A stretch of DNA of 64,000 nt from an uncultured Acidobacteriota bacterium. Lineage in GTDB: Bacteria; Acidobacteriota; Thermoanaerobaculia; UBA5066. Position numbers and translations under genes: made by a program. Positions 41,113 through 51,501 of this stretch are shown one piece after another (the stretch's first letter is position 1; each line of letters starts with the position of its first letter). The notes under the pieces were generated by a model. The model saw nothing but the letters and a program-made list of their open reading frames with translations, did no database searches and was not told the origin of the DNA. The stretch spans positions 800,001 through 864,000 of the forward strand of contig CAVZYA010000002.1 in NCBI GenBank assembly GCA_963779415.1, read 5' to 3'.

Positions 41113-43149
41113 TCAGTTCACGTCCGGCCAATTGCCCGGGGGTTTCTTGTCGGCGCAGTCCGATTCCGGCGTCCCCAGGCAACGCGCGCGGCGGACGCAT
41201 GCGGCCCAGGCCTCGTACTGGAGGTTCGGAAGAGCGTCGTCGAGGTCGCGGATGTCGTTCTTGAGCGAGTTGAACTCGGCCAGACTCGCGAGCGCCTCCT
41301 TGAAGGCCTCCACGCACGCGTCGGCGCTCAGTTTCGTCTCCGCGGAGACGAGGAACGCGCCCTGGCACTCCTCGAGGTCTTTCTCCATCTTGTCGGCGGA
41401 CCCTCCCGACATCAGCGTGGCCACCTTGTCCAGGACGGCCATCGTCTCGTTCCAGTTCTGCCACCCCTCCGGGCCGAGCGCCGACGTCGGGTCCTCGCCC
41501 GCGAGGATCTTCTCGACGATCTTCGCGACCTGCTGCATCCCCATCGGAGGGAGGAGCCCGTTCGCCTCGGCGTACTCGATGGCTTCTGCGACCTCGTGGG
41601 AGACCTCGGCTCCCTCCGCCTCCGGCGCCAGAAGGGAGATGATCGCCTTCGTCGCGAGGCTCTGGACCAGGCAGGCCTTGATGGTCTTCTTGTAGTCGTC
41701 GTAGTGCGCGCGCGCTTCCTTCATCTTCTCCTGGTACTCCCGGCCGGCCGTGTCCCGCTCCCGGACCTTCGCGTCCCGCTCGGCGCGGTTGGTCTTCAGC
41801 CGGCTGTCGGCTTCCAGCGTGGACGGGCAGGGTTCGCGGGGGGGCTCGGGCGGCGCGGACGGCGCGCCGCAGCCGCAGCAGACCTCCCACGTCATCTCCA
41901 CGCGCGGAAAGTCCGCGCCCCGTCGGGGGTCGGTGAAGACGGTGTGTCCGGCGAAGGGGATGACGGCGTAGCGGTCGGCCTCCCGGATGCAGGAGACGGA
42001 GTTCCCGGCGTCGGCGCACACCGTCGGCTGGACGCAGGTGACGAACGGGTTGAGCGCCGTGCACCGCGGGTCCCGGGGCCGGATGTCCCCGCCGGAGAGG
42101 CCGCCCGACCAGGTCGCCTTCAACTTTTCTCTTCCGCCCACGTCGGTGCACGTCAGCGGCGCGGTGACCGCATCGTGGATCTCCCGTGGCAGGACCGAGA
42201 AGTAGAGCTCGGGCTTCACGGGATAGAAGTGGAGGCCGCCCCGCGCCTGCGGATCCCTCCGGAAGCCCGTGGGCCCGGCTTTCCCGAACGTCACTGTTCC
42301 TGACTTGTGGCTCGCGGGCGCCTGACACGTCTCGCGATTGCCCGGCGTGTCCACGCAGCCGCCGGTGCTCACCTCCCAGGCGAGCTCCGTCGCGTCGAAG
42401 CCGGTCCAGAGGGTAGACGTCCAGGGTGACGTGGCCGGGACGGTCGCGACGAGCGGGAAGCGCAGGACCGTCCGGATCGTTCCCTGGCAGTCGTCGCCGC
42501 TGAAAGGATTGCTCACGTGGACGACCTCGATCCGCCCTCCGAGAGGCTTGTCGAAGGGGCAGGGCTTCACGCGGTCGTTCGGCGGGCGGGGGGGTCGCGG
42601 TCCGGAAGGCTCGCCCGGCGACGTCGCCGGCCCGCCGGATCCGGGACCGCGAGGCGGTTTCGGCGGTTGTGGAGGCTGGGTGCCGCCCTGCTCCCCTTCG
42701 CCGTCGTTCACGACGGGATGGCGGATCTCGCCGGCCACCGGAGTCGGCTCGGGAGCGGACGCGAGATGAATCCACGCGACCTTCTGCCGCGCGTACGAGC
42801 CCTTCGCGGTCTCGACCTCGTCGAGGCTCACCTCCACGAGATGCTCGCCGTGGACGCTGCCGTCTCGCAGATGCACTTCGTCCTGCGACGGGTCACCGAC
42901 GGACGGCGGCGAGGCGATCACCACGGCGAATCCGATCCAGGCGACCTGGGCCCGCGGCACGATGTTCGAGCCGATCCGACAGCTCGTCGAACAGGTCTTG
43001 AGCACGCCGCGATGGACCTGACCGTTGACCCGGATCACGACATCCGCCGGCCGCTGCGGGGCGCCGGCTTCGGCGGGTGCCGCCGCTCCGGCGGCGACTG
43101 CCAGGAAGGCGAGCACGCCGGCGAGTCGTCCCCCGAGACTCATTCGCAA
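41113..43149 (-). CDS. Large secreted Cys-rich protein of unknown function (678 aa)
   Basis: Signal peptide, tandem N-terminal repeats, Pro-rich linkers, about 21 Cys, helical C-terminus. Confidence 0.75.
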   Translation of the reverse strand: MRMSLGGRLAGVLAFLAVAAGAAAPAEAGAPQRPADVVIRVNGQVHRGVLKTCSTSCRIGSNIVPRAQVAWIGFAVVIASPPSVGDPSQDEVHLRDGSVHGEHLVEVSLDEVETAKGSYARQKVAWIHLASAPEPTPVAGEIRHPVVNDGEGEQGGTQPPQPPKPPRGPGSGGPATSPGEPSGPRPPRPPNDRVKPCPFDKPLGGRIEVVHVSNPFSGDDCQGTIRTVLRFPLVATVPATSPWTSTLWTGFDATELAWEVSTGGCVDTPGNRETCQAPASHKSGTVTFGKAGPTGFRRDPQARGGLHFYPVKPELYFSVLPREIHDAVTAPLTCTDVGGREKLKATWSGGLSGGDIRPRDPRCTALNPFVTCVQPTVCADAGNSVSCIREADRYAVIPFAGHTVFTDPRRGADFPRVEMTWEVCCGCGAPSAPPEPPREPCPSTLEADSRLKTNRAERDAKVRERDTAGREYQEKMKEARAHYDDYKKTIKACLVQSLATKAIISLLAPEAEGAEVSHEVAEAIEYAEANGLLPPMGMQQVAKIVEKILAGEDPTSALGPEGWQNWNETMAVLDKVATLMSGGSADKMEKDLEECQGAFLVSAETKLSADACVEAFKEALASLAEFNSLKNDIRDLDDALPNLQYEAWAACVRRARCLGTPESDCADKKPPGNWPDVN

Positions 43150-43255
43150 AAGCTATCGCCCGCGTCGTTCCGGATCAAGGGTTTTTCTCTGGCCCGTTCG
43201 CGACAGGCGATGGCCGCGACGTGCCAGACGTGCCCTCCGCCCTTAAGATCCTCCC

Positions 43256-44488
43256 GTGCGCGTTCCCCTTTTCCTCGCGCGACGCTTCCTCGGCGGCCGG
43301 CGCGGAGGGCTCCTCCGGACGGTCTCGGCTCTCGCGCTCTTCGGCGTCTCTCTCGGCGCGGCGGCCCTCGTCGTCGCGATGGGGCTGATGTCGGGCTACC
43401 GGCACGACCTCTCCGACAAGCTGGCCGGGACGAACGCCGAGGTTCTCGTGATGGTCGAGAGCGGCCGGGACCGCGCCGCCCTCGAGAAGAGCCTCGCCGC
43501 CCTTCCGGGGGTCGCCCGCGTCGCCGAGACGGGCTTCGCGTCGGGCATCCTTCTCTCGGCCGCGGCCCCGCGCGGGGCCGACGCGCTCGTGAAGGCGCTC
43601 GACCTTCCGGGGGGCACCGTCACGACCCCGCTCCTCTCGCGCGTGCCGGACCTGCCGGTGCTTCTCGGCGCGCCCCGCGCGGACGGGCGGACGCCCGTTC
43701 TTCTCGGCGCCGGTCTCGCGAAGCGCCTCGGGGTTACGGCGGGATCGCCGGTCGTCCTCGAGACGTCGTCGCTCGACCTCTCGAAGGGAATCTCGCCTCC
43801 GCGGCGGACGCTCCTTTCCGTCGCGGCCGTCGTGGAGACCGGGTTCTCGGAGGTCGACGACAACTGGGCCGTCGTCTCCCTCGCCGCCTTCTCGCGCCTG
43901 GCCCCCCCGGACGCGCGGACGGGGATCTGGGAGCTGAAGCTCCGGCACGTCTCGGACACCGACCGGACCGTCTCGGCGGCGCGCGCCGCGCTCGGCGAGA
44001 CGGTCACCGTCCTCGACTGGAAGGCGATGAACCGCGACCTCTTCGCGGCGCTCGCCATCCAGCAGACGCTCCTCTTCGTCGTTCTCGCCCTCATCGTCGC
44101 GGTGGCGGCGGGGACCGTCGTCTCCTCGCTCGTCGTCCTCCTCGCGGAGAAGACGCGCGACGTCGGCGTGCTTTCGGCCGTCGGGGCGACTCCGCGGATC
44201 ATTCAACGGACGTTCCGGCTGGCGGGTGCGCTCCTCGGCGGGGCGGGCCTCCTCCTCGGCATCGGTTTCGGCGTCCTCGTCTGCTTCGTCCTGACGACGT
44301 TCCGGCTCGTCCGCTTTCCTCCCGAGATCGCGAAGGTCTACTACCTCTCGTGGATGCCCTTCCGGCCGGAGCCCCTCCATCTCCTCGCGATCTTCGGCGT
44401 CGGGATGCTCCTCGTTCTCCTCGCCTCGGCCCTTCCGGCCCGCCGCGCCTCGCGGCTGAATCCTGCAGAGGCATTGAGGTATGAGTGA
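43256..44488 (+). CDS. LolC/E-family (FtsX-like) ABC permease
   Basis: GVSLGAAALVVAMGLMSG, DWKAMN, EKTRDVGVL, PARRASRLNPAEALRYE. Confidence 0.9.
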   Translation: MRVPLFLARRFLGGRRGGLLRTVSALALFGVSLGAAALVVAMGLMSGYRHDLSDKLAGTNAEVLVMVESGRDRAALEKSLAALPGVARVAETGFASGILLSAAAPRGADALVKALDLPGGTVTTPLLSRVPDLPVLLGAPRADGRTPVLLGAGLAKRLGVTAGSPVVLETSSLDLSKGISPPRRTLLSVAAVVETGFSEVDDNWAVVSLAAFSRLAPPDARTGIWELKLRHVSDTDRTVSAARAALGETVTVLDWKAMNRDLFAALAIQQTLLFVVLALIVAVAAGTVVSSLVVLLAEKTRDVGVLSAVGATPRIIQRTFRLAGALLGGAGLLLGIGFGVLVCFVLTTFRLVRFPPEIAKVYYLSWMPFRPEPLHLLAIFGVGMLLVLLASALPARRASRLNPAEALRYE

Positions 44489-44566
44489 CCCGCGGTCACC
44501 CCACGCGGACCCGGGGGTCCGGGGGCGCGCGTAGCCAAGCTCCCGGCGAGCCATTGAGGTACGAGT
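44472..44566 (+). repeat. 15-bp imperfect direct repeat of the lolC/E 3' end flanking two hairpins
   Basis: CATTGAGGTATGAGT (44472) and CATTGAGGTACGAGT (44552); hairpins GTGACC-CGC-GGTCAC and CGGACCC-GG-GGGTCCG lie between. Confidence 0.6.
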
Positions 44567-44589
44567 AGCCCGGCGTAGACTTTCCGCGA

Positions 44590-45495
44590 ATGCACGCCGT
44601 CCGCTCGCCGGCGATCGACGAGGTCGCGCTCGAGGAGCGCGCCGCCTCGCTCGGGAAGAGGTCGATCAAGAAGGAGTCGAAGGTCGTCGGGATCCGGCTC
44701 GCCATCTCGATGTGCGACCTGACGACGCTGGAGGGAAGGGACTCGCCGGGCAGGATCCGGCAGCTCTGCGCCAAGGCGATCCGCCCCGATCCGGAGGACC
44801 CGTCGATCCCTTCCGTCGCCGCCGTCTGCGTCTATCCGGACCTCGTCGCCGAGGCGAAACGCGCCCTCGCGGGCTCGGACGTCAGGGTCGCCAGCGTCGC
44901 GACGGCGTTTCCGTCCGGGCGGTCGCCGCTTCCCGTCAAGCTCGCCGAAGTCCGCCGCGCCGTCGCGGCCGGGGCGGACGAGATCGACATGGTCATCGAC
45001 CGAGGCGCGTTCCTCGCAGGGGAATACGCCCGGGTCTTCGACGGGATCGTGGCGACGAAAGCCGCCTGCACCCGTCCCGACGGCTCCGCCGCGCACCTGA
45101 AGGTGATCCTCGAGACGGGGGAGCTGGAAACGTACGACAACGTCCGGCGCGCGTCGGACCTCGCCATCGCCGCGGGAGCCGACTTCATCAAGACGTCGAC
45201 GGGAAAGGTGCAGCCGGCCGCGACGCCCGCCGTGACGCTCTGCATGCTCGAGGCGATCCGCGACCACTGGCTCGGGACGGGCGTGAAGGTCGGAATGAAG
45301 CCGGCGGGCGGCATACGGACGAGCAAGCAGGCGCTCCACTACCTCGTCCTCGTGAAGGAGACGCTCGGGGCCGACTGGCTCAACGCCGACCTCTTCCGCT
45401 TCGGCGTCTCCAGCCTCCTCAACGACCTCCTGATGCAGCTGAGAAAAGAGAAGACGGGCCGTTATCAGACAGAGGAAGAATTCACGAAAGACTAA
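44590..45495 (+). CDS. deoC: Deoxyribose-phosphate aldolase
   Basis: DLTTLEG, VATAFPSG, GADEIDMV, LKVILETGEL, FIKTSTGK, KPAGGIR. Confidence 0.95.
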   Translation: MHAVRSPAIDEVALEERAASLGKRSIKKESKVVGIRLAISMCDLTTLEGRDSPGRIRQLCAKAIRPDPEDPSIPSVAAVCVYPDLVAEAKRALAGSDVRVASVATAFPSGRSPLPVKLAEVRRAVAAGADEIDMVIDRGAFLAGEYARVFDGIVATKAACTRPDGSAAHLKVILETGELETYDNVRRASDLAIAAGADFIKTSTGKVQPAATPAVTLCMLEAIRDHWLGTGVKVGMKPAGGIRTSKQALHYLVLVKETLGADWLNADLFRFGVSSLLNDLLMQLRKEKTGRYQTEEEFTKD

Positions 45496-45506
45496 GAGGC
45501 TGGAAA

Positions 45507-47027
45507 GTGAAAGAGAGACGTATTTCTCGAACGCCGGCTGCAACTGCAGCCGCCGCATATAAGAAAAAAGGTCCTTCTCCGGACTTCGACGGCGTTTGGG
45601 ATTACGCGCCCGCTCCGGAATCAACCTCGCATTTCGCGATCTCGCCGCGTTACGGCCTCTTCATCGGCGGAAGATTCGTCACGCCGAAGGCGGGGAGGTG
45701 GTTCGACACGATCAACCCGGCCACGGAGGAAAAGCTCGCCGAGGTGGCCGAAGCGGGGGAGGCCGACGTCGACGCCGCCGTCCGGGCGGCCGAGCGGGCG
45801 TACGAGAAGGTCTGGCGGCGGATGCCGGGGAAGGAGCGCGGGAAATACGTCTACCGCCTCGCCCGGATGTTGCAGGAGAAGGCCCGCGAGTTCGCCGTCC
45901 TCGAGACGAGGAACGGCGGCAAGCCGATTCGGGAGTCGCGCGATCTCGACGTCCCGCTCGCGGCGGCCCACTTCTTCTACTACGCCGGCTGGGCCGACAA
46001 GCTCGACCACGCCTTCTCCGGCCGGCGGGCGCGGCCGCTCGGCGTCTGCGGGCAGGTGATCCCGTGGAACTTCCCGCTCCTGATGGCGTCGTGGAAGCTG
46101 GCGCCGGCGCTCGCGGCCGGGAACACCTGCGTCCTGAAGCCGGCCGAGACGACGCCGCTTACGGCCCTCCATCTCGCCCGCCTCGTCGAGGAGGCCGGCT
46201 TGCCGCCGGGGGTCGTGAACGTCGTCACGGGGGGCGGCGCGACGGGGGCGGCGCTCGTTTCGCACCCGAAAGTCCGGAAGGTCGCCTTCACCGGCTCGAC
46301 GGAGGTGGGAAAGAAGATCCAGCGCGCCCTCGCCGGGACCGGAAAAAGGCTGACGCTCGAGCTGGGGGGTAAGGCGGCCAACATCGTCTTCGCGGATGCC
46401 GCGATCGACCAGGCGGTCGAAGGGATCGTGAACGGCATCTACTTCAACCAGGGACACGTCTGCTGCGCCGGGTCGCGCCTTCTCGTCGAGGAGTCCGTGC
46501 ACGACCTCGTCGTGAAGAAGCTCGCCCACAGGATCCGGACGCTTCGCCTCGGCGATCCGCTCGACAAGAACACCGACGTCGGGGCCATCAACTCGAAGGC
46601 GCAGCTCGAAAAGATCCGCGAGCTGGTCGACTCCGGCATCGCCGACGGCGCGATCCTGACGCAGGCCCCCTGCCGGATTCCCGCGAAGGGGTTCTGGTTC
46701 CCTCCTTCCTTCTTCACGAACGTGGCGCAGAGCTTCCGGATCGCGAGCGAGGAGATCTTCGGCCCCGTTCTCGCGATCCAGACGTTCCGGACGCCCGAGG
46801 AGGCGGTCGAGAAGGCGAACAACACGATGTACGGCCTCTCGGCCGGCGTCTGGACCGAAAAGGGGTCGAAGATCTTCAAGGTGTCGCAGAAGCTCCGCGC
46901 CGGCGTCGTCTGGGCGAACACCTACAACAAGTTCGACCCGACCTCTCCCTTCGGCGGCTACAAGGAGTCGGGCTTCGGAAGAGAAGGGGGCCGTCATGGT
47001 CTCTGTGCTTACCTTGAAGCCGTCTGA
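45507..47027 (+). CDS. Aldehyde dehydrogenase (full length)
   Basis: IPWNFP, FTGSTEVG, LELGGK, NQGHVCCAG, EEIFGP, PFGGYKESG. Confidence 0.93.
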   Translation: MKERRISRTPAATAAAAYKKKGPSPDFDGVWDYAPAPESTSHFAISPRYGLFIGGRFVTPKAGRWFDTINPATEEKLAEVAEAGEADVDAAVRAAERAYEKVWRRMPGKERGKYVYRLARMLQEKAREFAVLETRNGGKPIRESRDLDVPLAAAHFFYYAGWADKLDHAFSGRRARPLGVCGQVIPWNFPLLMASWKLAPALAAGNTCVLKPAETTPLTALHLARLVEEAGLPPGVVNVVTGGGATGAALVSHPKVRKVAFTGSTEVGKKIQRALAGTGKRLTLELGGKAANIVFADAAIDQAVEGIVNGIYFNQGHVCCAGSRLLVEESVHDLVVKKLAHRIRTLRLGDPLDKNTDVGAINSKAQLEKIRELVDSGIADGAILTQAPCRIPAKGFWFPPSFFTNVAQSFRIASEEIFGPVLAIQTFRTPEEAVEKANNTMYGLSAGVWTEKGSKIFKVSQKLRAGVVWANTYNKFDPTSPFGGYKESGFGREGGRHGLCAYLEAV

Positions 47028-47084
47028 CCGTTCTGGAGCATCGGCACCATAGGCGCGCCGGCCGCGAGGAGCGAGATTTACGGC

Positions 47085-49508
47085 ATGGTCGAAGCCCTGC
47101 CGCCCGAACGCCTCCGGAACTCGTGCGACGCCTCGCGGTTCGACTTCGTGACAACGGCGGATCTCGGCGGGGACGCGGGTGTCCCCGGGCAGGGGAGGGC
47201 CGAGGATGCGATCCGGTTCGCGATCGGCATCGGGAGCGAAGGCTTCAACGTCTACGCGATGGGGCCGGCAGGTCTCGGGAAGCACGAGATCGTCCGCCGC
47301 CTCCTCGACGAGAGCGCGAGGACGAAGGAGACGCCGTCCGACTGGTGCTACGTTCACGACTTCCAGAGCGGGCAGAAGCCGAGGGCGCTGAAGCTCCCGG
47401 CCGGCCGCGCCGCGGCGTTCGCCCGCGCGATGGATCACTTCGTCGAGGTACTCCGGGGAGCCATTCCGGCCGCGTTCGAGACCCACGAGTACCGCGCCCG
47501 CCGGCACGAGATCGACGCCGAGTTTCAGGAGCGACAGGAACAGGCCTTCGACGAGCTGCGCGGGAGGGCCCGGACGCGCGGCCTCGATCTCGTCCGGATG
47601 CCGATGGGGATGGCGCTCGCGCCGTTCCGGGACGGCGAGGTGATGGACCCGGCCGTCTTCGCCAAGCTTCCCGAGGAGGAGCAGAAGCAGATCGGCGCGG
47701 CGATGTCGGAGCTCCAGGGGGAGCTGGAAAGAATCATCCAGGAGATCCCGCGCCTCCGGCGCGAGGCGGGGACGAAAGTCCGCGAGTTGAACCGCGTCTT
47801 GATCCGGACGGCGGTCCACGACCGCTTCCTCGAGGTGAGGAAGATGGTCGAGGACGTGCCGGCCGTGCAGGCGTACCTCGACGCGGTCAGCGAGGACGTG
47901 CTCACCCACGCGGAGGGCTTCCTCCCGGAGAAGGGGGGCGATCCGGCGACGCTGCGAGGCGTCCCGGCGCCGGAGCCCGACGGCAAGGAAACGGCCCTTC
48001 GCCGCTATCGGGTCAACGTCCTCGTGGACAACGCCGCGACGAAGGGAGCGCCCGTGGTCGCGCTCGACCACGCGACCTTCCCGAACCTGATCGGGCGAAT
48101 CGAGTACCTCTCCCAGATGGGGAACCTGGTCGCGGACTTCACGCTGATCCGCCCCGGCGCGCTTCACCGCGCGAACGGCGGCTATCTCCTCCTCGACGCG
48201 CTCGACGTCCTCTCGCAGCCTCTCTCGTGGGGGGGCCTGAAGCGGGCGTTGCGCGCCGGATCCATCTGCGTGGAGCTGCCGGGGCAGTCCCTGGGCCTCA
48301 TGACGGCCAGCTCTCTCGAGCCCGAGCCGATCCCGCTCGACGTCAAGGTCGTCGTTCTCGGAGACCGGACCCTTTACTACCTCCTCCACGAATACGACCC
48401 GGAGTTCGCCGGGCTCTTCAAGGTCGCGGCCGACTTCGAGGAGGACGCCCCCCGCGACGACGAGGGCGTCCGTGCCTTCGCGCGTCTCGTGGCCGCGTTC
48501 ACCCGGATGGAGAATCTCCTGCCGCTTCGGCGCGACGCCGTCGCCCGGCTCGTCGAGCACGCGTCACGGAAGGCGGAGGACGGCGAGAAGCTCTCGCTGA
48601 AACTGCGGGACCTCGACGACCTTCTGCGCGAAGCGGACTGTCTCGCGAGAAAGGAGGGCTCGACGTCGATGACCGCGGCCGACGTCGAGCGGGCGCTCGA
48701 GGGGCGAGAGCGTCGCGCCGACCGGATCCGGAAGCGGATCCTCGACGAGATGATGCGGGGAACGCTTCTCATCGACACCGCCAGCGCGACGGTGGGGCAG
48801 GTGAACGCCCTGTCGGTCCTCCAGGTCGGCGGAACCGCCTTCGGCCATCCCTCGCGAGTGACGGCCCGCGTGCGGCTCGGGAGCGGCAAGGTCGTCGACA
48901 TCCTCCGGGAGGTGGAGATGGGCGGCCCGAACCACACCAAGGGCGTCCTGATCCTCGGAGGCTTTCTCGCGGGACGTTTCTTGCCGGACCTCCCTCTGTC
49001 GCTCTCGGCCAGCCTCGTCCTCGAGCAGAACTACGGCGGCGTCGAGGGGGACAGCGCCTCGTCGGCCGAGCTCTATTCGCTCCTTTCCGCCCTCGCCGAC
49101 GTCCCGATCCGGCAGTCCTTCGCCGTCACCGGCTCCGTAAACCAGCGCGGCGAGGTGCAGGCGATCGGCGGCGTCAACGAGAAGATCGAAGGCTTCTTCG
49201 ACCTCTGCGCCCGCCGGGGGCTGACGGGAGAACAGGGTGTCCTGATCCCGAAATCGAACGTTCCCCACCTGATGCTCCGGAAGGATGTCGTGGCCGCGGC
49301 CGAGGCGGGACGTTTCCGGGTCTTTCCCGTCGAGACGATCAACGAAGGGATCGAGCTTCTCACCGGGCTCCCCGCCGGGGAACGCGGGCCCGATGGCCGG
49401 TTCCCGGAGACGAGCGTCAATGGACGGGTCGAGGCGCGGCTCCTCGCCTTCGCGAAGGCGGCGCGCGCCTCCGCCAGGCCGGAGGAGAACGCGAAGGAGG
49501 GAACGTGA
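47085..49508 (+). CDS. Lon-like (LonB/LonC, S16) ATP-dependent protease
   Basis: GPAGLGK, GALHRANGGYL, catalytic VEGDSASSAE and IGGVNEKIEGF. Confidence 0.9.
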   Translation: MVEALPPERLRNSCDASRFDFVTTADLGGDAGVPGQGRAEDAIRFAIGIGSEGFNVYAMGPAGLGKHEIVRRLLDESARTKETPSDWCYVHDFQSGQKPRALKLPAGRAAAFARAMDHFVEVLRGAIPAAFETHEYRARRHEIDAEFQERQEQAFDELRGRARTRGLDLVRMPMGMALAPFRDGEVMDPAVFAKLPEEEQKQIGAAMSELQGELERIIQEIPRLRREAGTKVRELNRVLIRTAVHDRFLEVRKMVEDVPAVQAYLDAVSEDVLTHAEGFLPEKGGDPATLRGVPAPEPDGKETALRRYRVNVLVDNAATKGAPVVALDHATFPNLIGRIEYLSQMGNLVADFTLIRPGALHRANGGYLLLDALDVLSQPLSWGGLKRALRAGSICVELPGQSLGLMTASSLEPEPIPLDVKVVVLGDRTLYYLLHEYDPEFAGLFKVAADFEEDAPRDDEGVRAFARLVAAFTRMENLLPLRRDAVARLVEHASRKAEDGEKLSLKLRDLDDLLREADCLARKEGSTSMTAADVERALEGRERRADRIRKRILDEMMRGTLLIDTASATVGQVNALSVLQVGGTAFGHPSRVTARVRLGSGKVVDILREVEMGGPNHTKGVLILGGFLAGRFLPDLPLSLSASLVLEQNYGGVEGDSASSAELYSLLSALADVPIRQSFAVTGSVNQRGEVQAIGGVNEKIEGFFDLCARRGLTGEQGVLIPKSNVPHLMLRKDVVAAAEAGRFRVFPVETINEGIELLTGLPAGERGPDGRFPETSVNGRVEARLLAFAKAARASARPEENAKEGT

Positions 49509-50338
49509 GGATCCGCCGCATCCTCGTTGCGCTCGACGGCTCCCCCGAGAGCCGTTCGACCCTGGCGGCGGCGGCGAGGCTCGGAATGGCGGCCGGTGCC
49601 GAGCTTTCCGGACTCTTCGTCGAGGATGTCGAGCTCCTCCGTCTCGCCGGCCTGCCGTTCGCCCGCGAAACCGGCGTGTCGTCGGGGGTCTTCCGGCGGC
49701 TCGACACGGCCGACGTCGAACGGAGATTCCGCATCGGGGCGGAGAGGGCGGAGGCGACGCTTCGCGAGGCCACCGCAACCGCGGGGCTTCGATCGTCGTT
49801 CCGCGTGGCCCGCGGACGGGTCGTTCCGGAGCTTCTGGCCGCGGCCCGGGAGGCGGACGTCGTCGCGACGGGAAAGAGAAGCGGCTACGGGCCCGCCGGG
49901 CGCCGGCTGGGTACGACGGCCCGCAGCCTCATCGCGCATCTCGAGGCCCCGGTCCTCGTGGGCGGCATGGAAGGCTCTTCCGAGGGGCCCGTGGTCGTCA
50001 TCTGCGCGATACCCGACGTGCCGGAGGAGGCTCTCGGGTTCGTGGCGCTCCTGGCGCGTGCCTTCGGAGCCCCGGAGGTGGTCGTCATCGCGGGCGAGCG
50101 CGGGGCCGGACCGAGCCGCGCGGAACCGGAGGGCCTTCGCATCCGTCGCCGCAGCTTTCCGTCGATCCCGTCCGGAGACGTGAAGGCGCTTCCGGAGATT
50201 GCGCTCGCCAGCACGGTCGTCCTCGTCCGTCCCGAGGGGACGGCCGGCCACGAGCTTCTCGTCGCGCTCGCGGAGACCGTCACCTGTCCGGTCTTCGTCA
50301 TCGCGCCTCACGGCTTCGCCGAGCTTCTTTCGGCCTAG
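49505..50338 (+). CDS. Universal stress protein
   Basis: RRILVALDGSPES, GLFVED, ADVVATG...LGTTA. Confidence 0.85.
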   Translation: MRIRRILVALDGSPESRSTLAAAARLGMAAGAELSGLFVEDVELLRLAGLPFARETGVSSGVFRRLDTADVERRFRIGAERAEATLREATATAGLRSSFRVARGRVVPELLAAAREADVVATGKRSGYGPAGRRLGTTARSLIAHLEAPVLVGGMEGSSEGPVVVICAIPDVPEEALGFVALLARAFGAPEVVVIAGERGAGPSRAEPEGLRIRRRSFPSIPSGDVKALPEIALASTVVLVRPEGTAGHELLVALAETVTCPVFVIAPHGFAELLSA

Positions 50339-50348
50339 GAACTCCGCC

Positions 50349-51491
50349 ATGAAAGACAGGCCCGACGTCTACCGGAAGCTCCAGGAGCACATCGACCGGA
50401 TGCCCGTCGGCTTTCCGGCGACGAAGAGCGGCGTCGAGATCCGTTTCCTGAAGCGGCTCTTCACCGAAGAAGAGGCCGAAGCCGCGCTCCTTCTCTCCGC
50501 CCTTCCAGAGCCCCTGGAGAAGATCTTCGCGCGCGCGCCAAAAGGGCGGTGGACGCGCGAGACGTTCGAGGCGCTCCTCGACGGGCTCGCGGAGAAGGGC
50601 GCCATCATGGGCGGGCGCTCCAGAGTCCCGCACGGCGGGACGAAGCGGTACAGCAAGGCGATGCTGGCCCTCGGCATGTACGAGATGCAGGTCGACCGGC
50701 TCACCGCCGAAATGCAGCGCGATCTGGAGCAGTACACCGCCGAGGGATTCGCGGGCGCCTTTCTCGGGCCGAGGACGAAGCAGATGCGAACGGTCCCCGT
50801 CGACGTCCGGATCGTTCCCGAGCGCCGGGTGGGCCGGTACGACGACGCGCGCCGGCTGATCGGGGAAAGCCCGGGCCCCTGGGCCGTCATCAACTGTGTC
50901 TGCCGGCAGGGGAAGGACCTCGTCGGCGAGCCTTGCCGCCAGACCGACGTCCGGAGGACCTGTCTCCTGATGAAGGGGATGGCCAGATACGCCCTCGAGA
51001 CGGGAGTCGGAGAGGCCCTGACGGCGGATCGGGTGCTCGAGCTCGTCGACCGGGCCGAGCGGGAGGGGATGGTCCTCCAGCCCGAGAACGCGCAGGACCC
51101 GCTCTTCGTCTGCTTCTGCTGCGGCTGCTGCTGCGGCGTCCTCCGGATGGCGAAGCAGTTCCCGAAGCCGGCCGAGGCGGTCGACTCCAACTTCCGGGTC
51201 GAGGTGGACGCCGGACTCTGCTCCGACTGCGAGACGTGCCGCCCGCGCTGCCCGATGGAGGCCCTGCAGACGGTGGACGGCAAGACGGCCGTCGACCGGG
51301 ACCGTTGCATCGGCTGTGGCGCCTGCATCACGACCTGTCCGTCGGACGCCCTCCGTCTCGTGGAGAAAGAGCGGCCGCACGTCCCGCCGAGGGACCAGTC
51401 CGCGCTCTACCGGAAGATCCTCGTCGAGCGGTACGGCGTTCTCGGGACGGCGGGGATGCTCGGAAAAGCGCTCCTCGGACGGAAGGTCTGA
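50349..51491 (+). CDS. 4Fe-4S dicluster protein with additional Cys clusters
   Basis: CVCRQ, CFCCGCCCG, CSDCETCRPRCP, CIGCGACITTCP. Confidence 0.88.
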   Translation: MKDRPDVYRKLQEHIDRMPVGFPATKSGVEIRFLKRLFTEEEAEAALLLSALPEPLEKIFARAPKGRWTRETFEALLDGLAEKGAIMGGRSRVPHGGTKRYSKAMLALGMYEMQVDRLTAEMQRDLEQYTAEGFAGAFLGPRTKQMRTVPVDVRIVPERRVGRYDDARRLIGESPGPWAVINCVCRQGKDLVGEPCRQTDVRRTCLLMKGMARYALETGVGEALTADRVLELVDRAEREGMVLQPENAQDPLFVCFCCGCCCGVLRMAKQFPKPAEAVDSNFRVEVDAGLCSDCETCRPRCPMEALQTVDGKTAVDRDRCIGCGACITTCPSDALRLVEKERPHVPPRDQSALYRKILVERYGVLGTAGMLGKALLGRKV

Positions 51492-51501
51492 CCGGCGCCC
51501 T

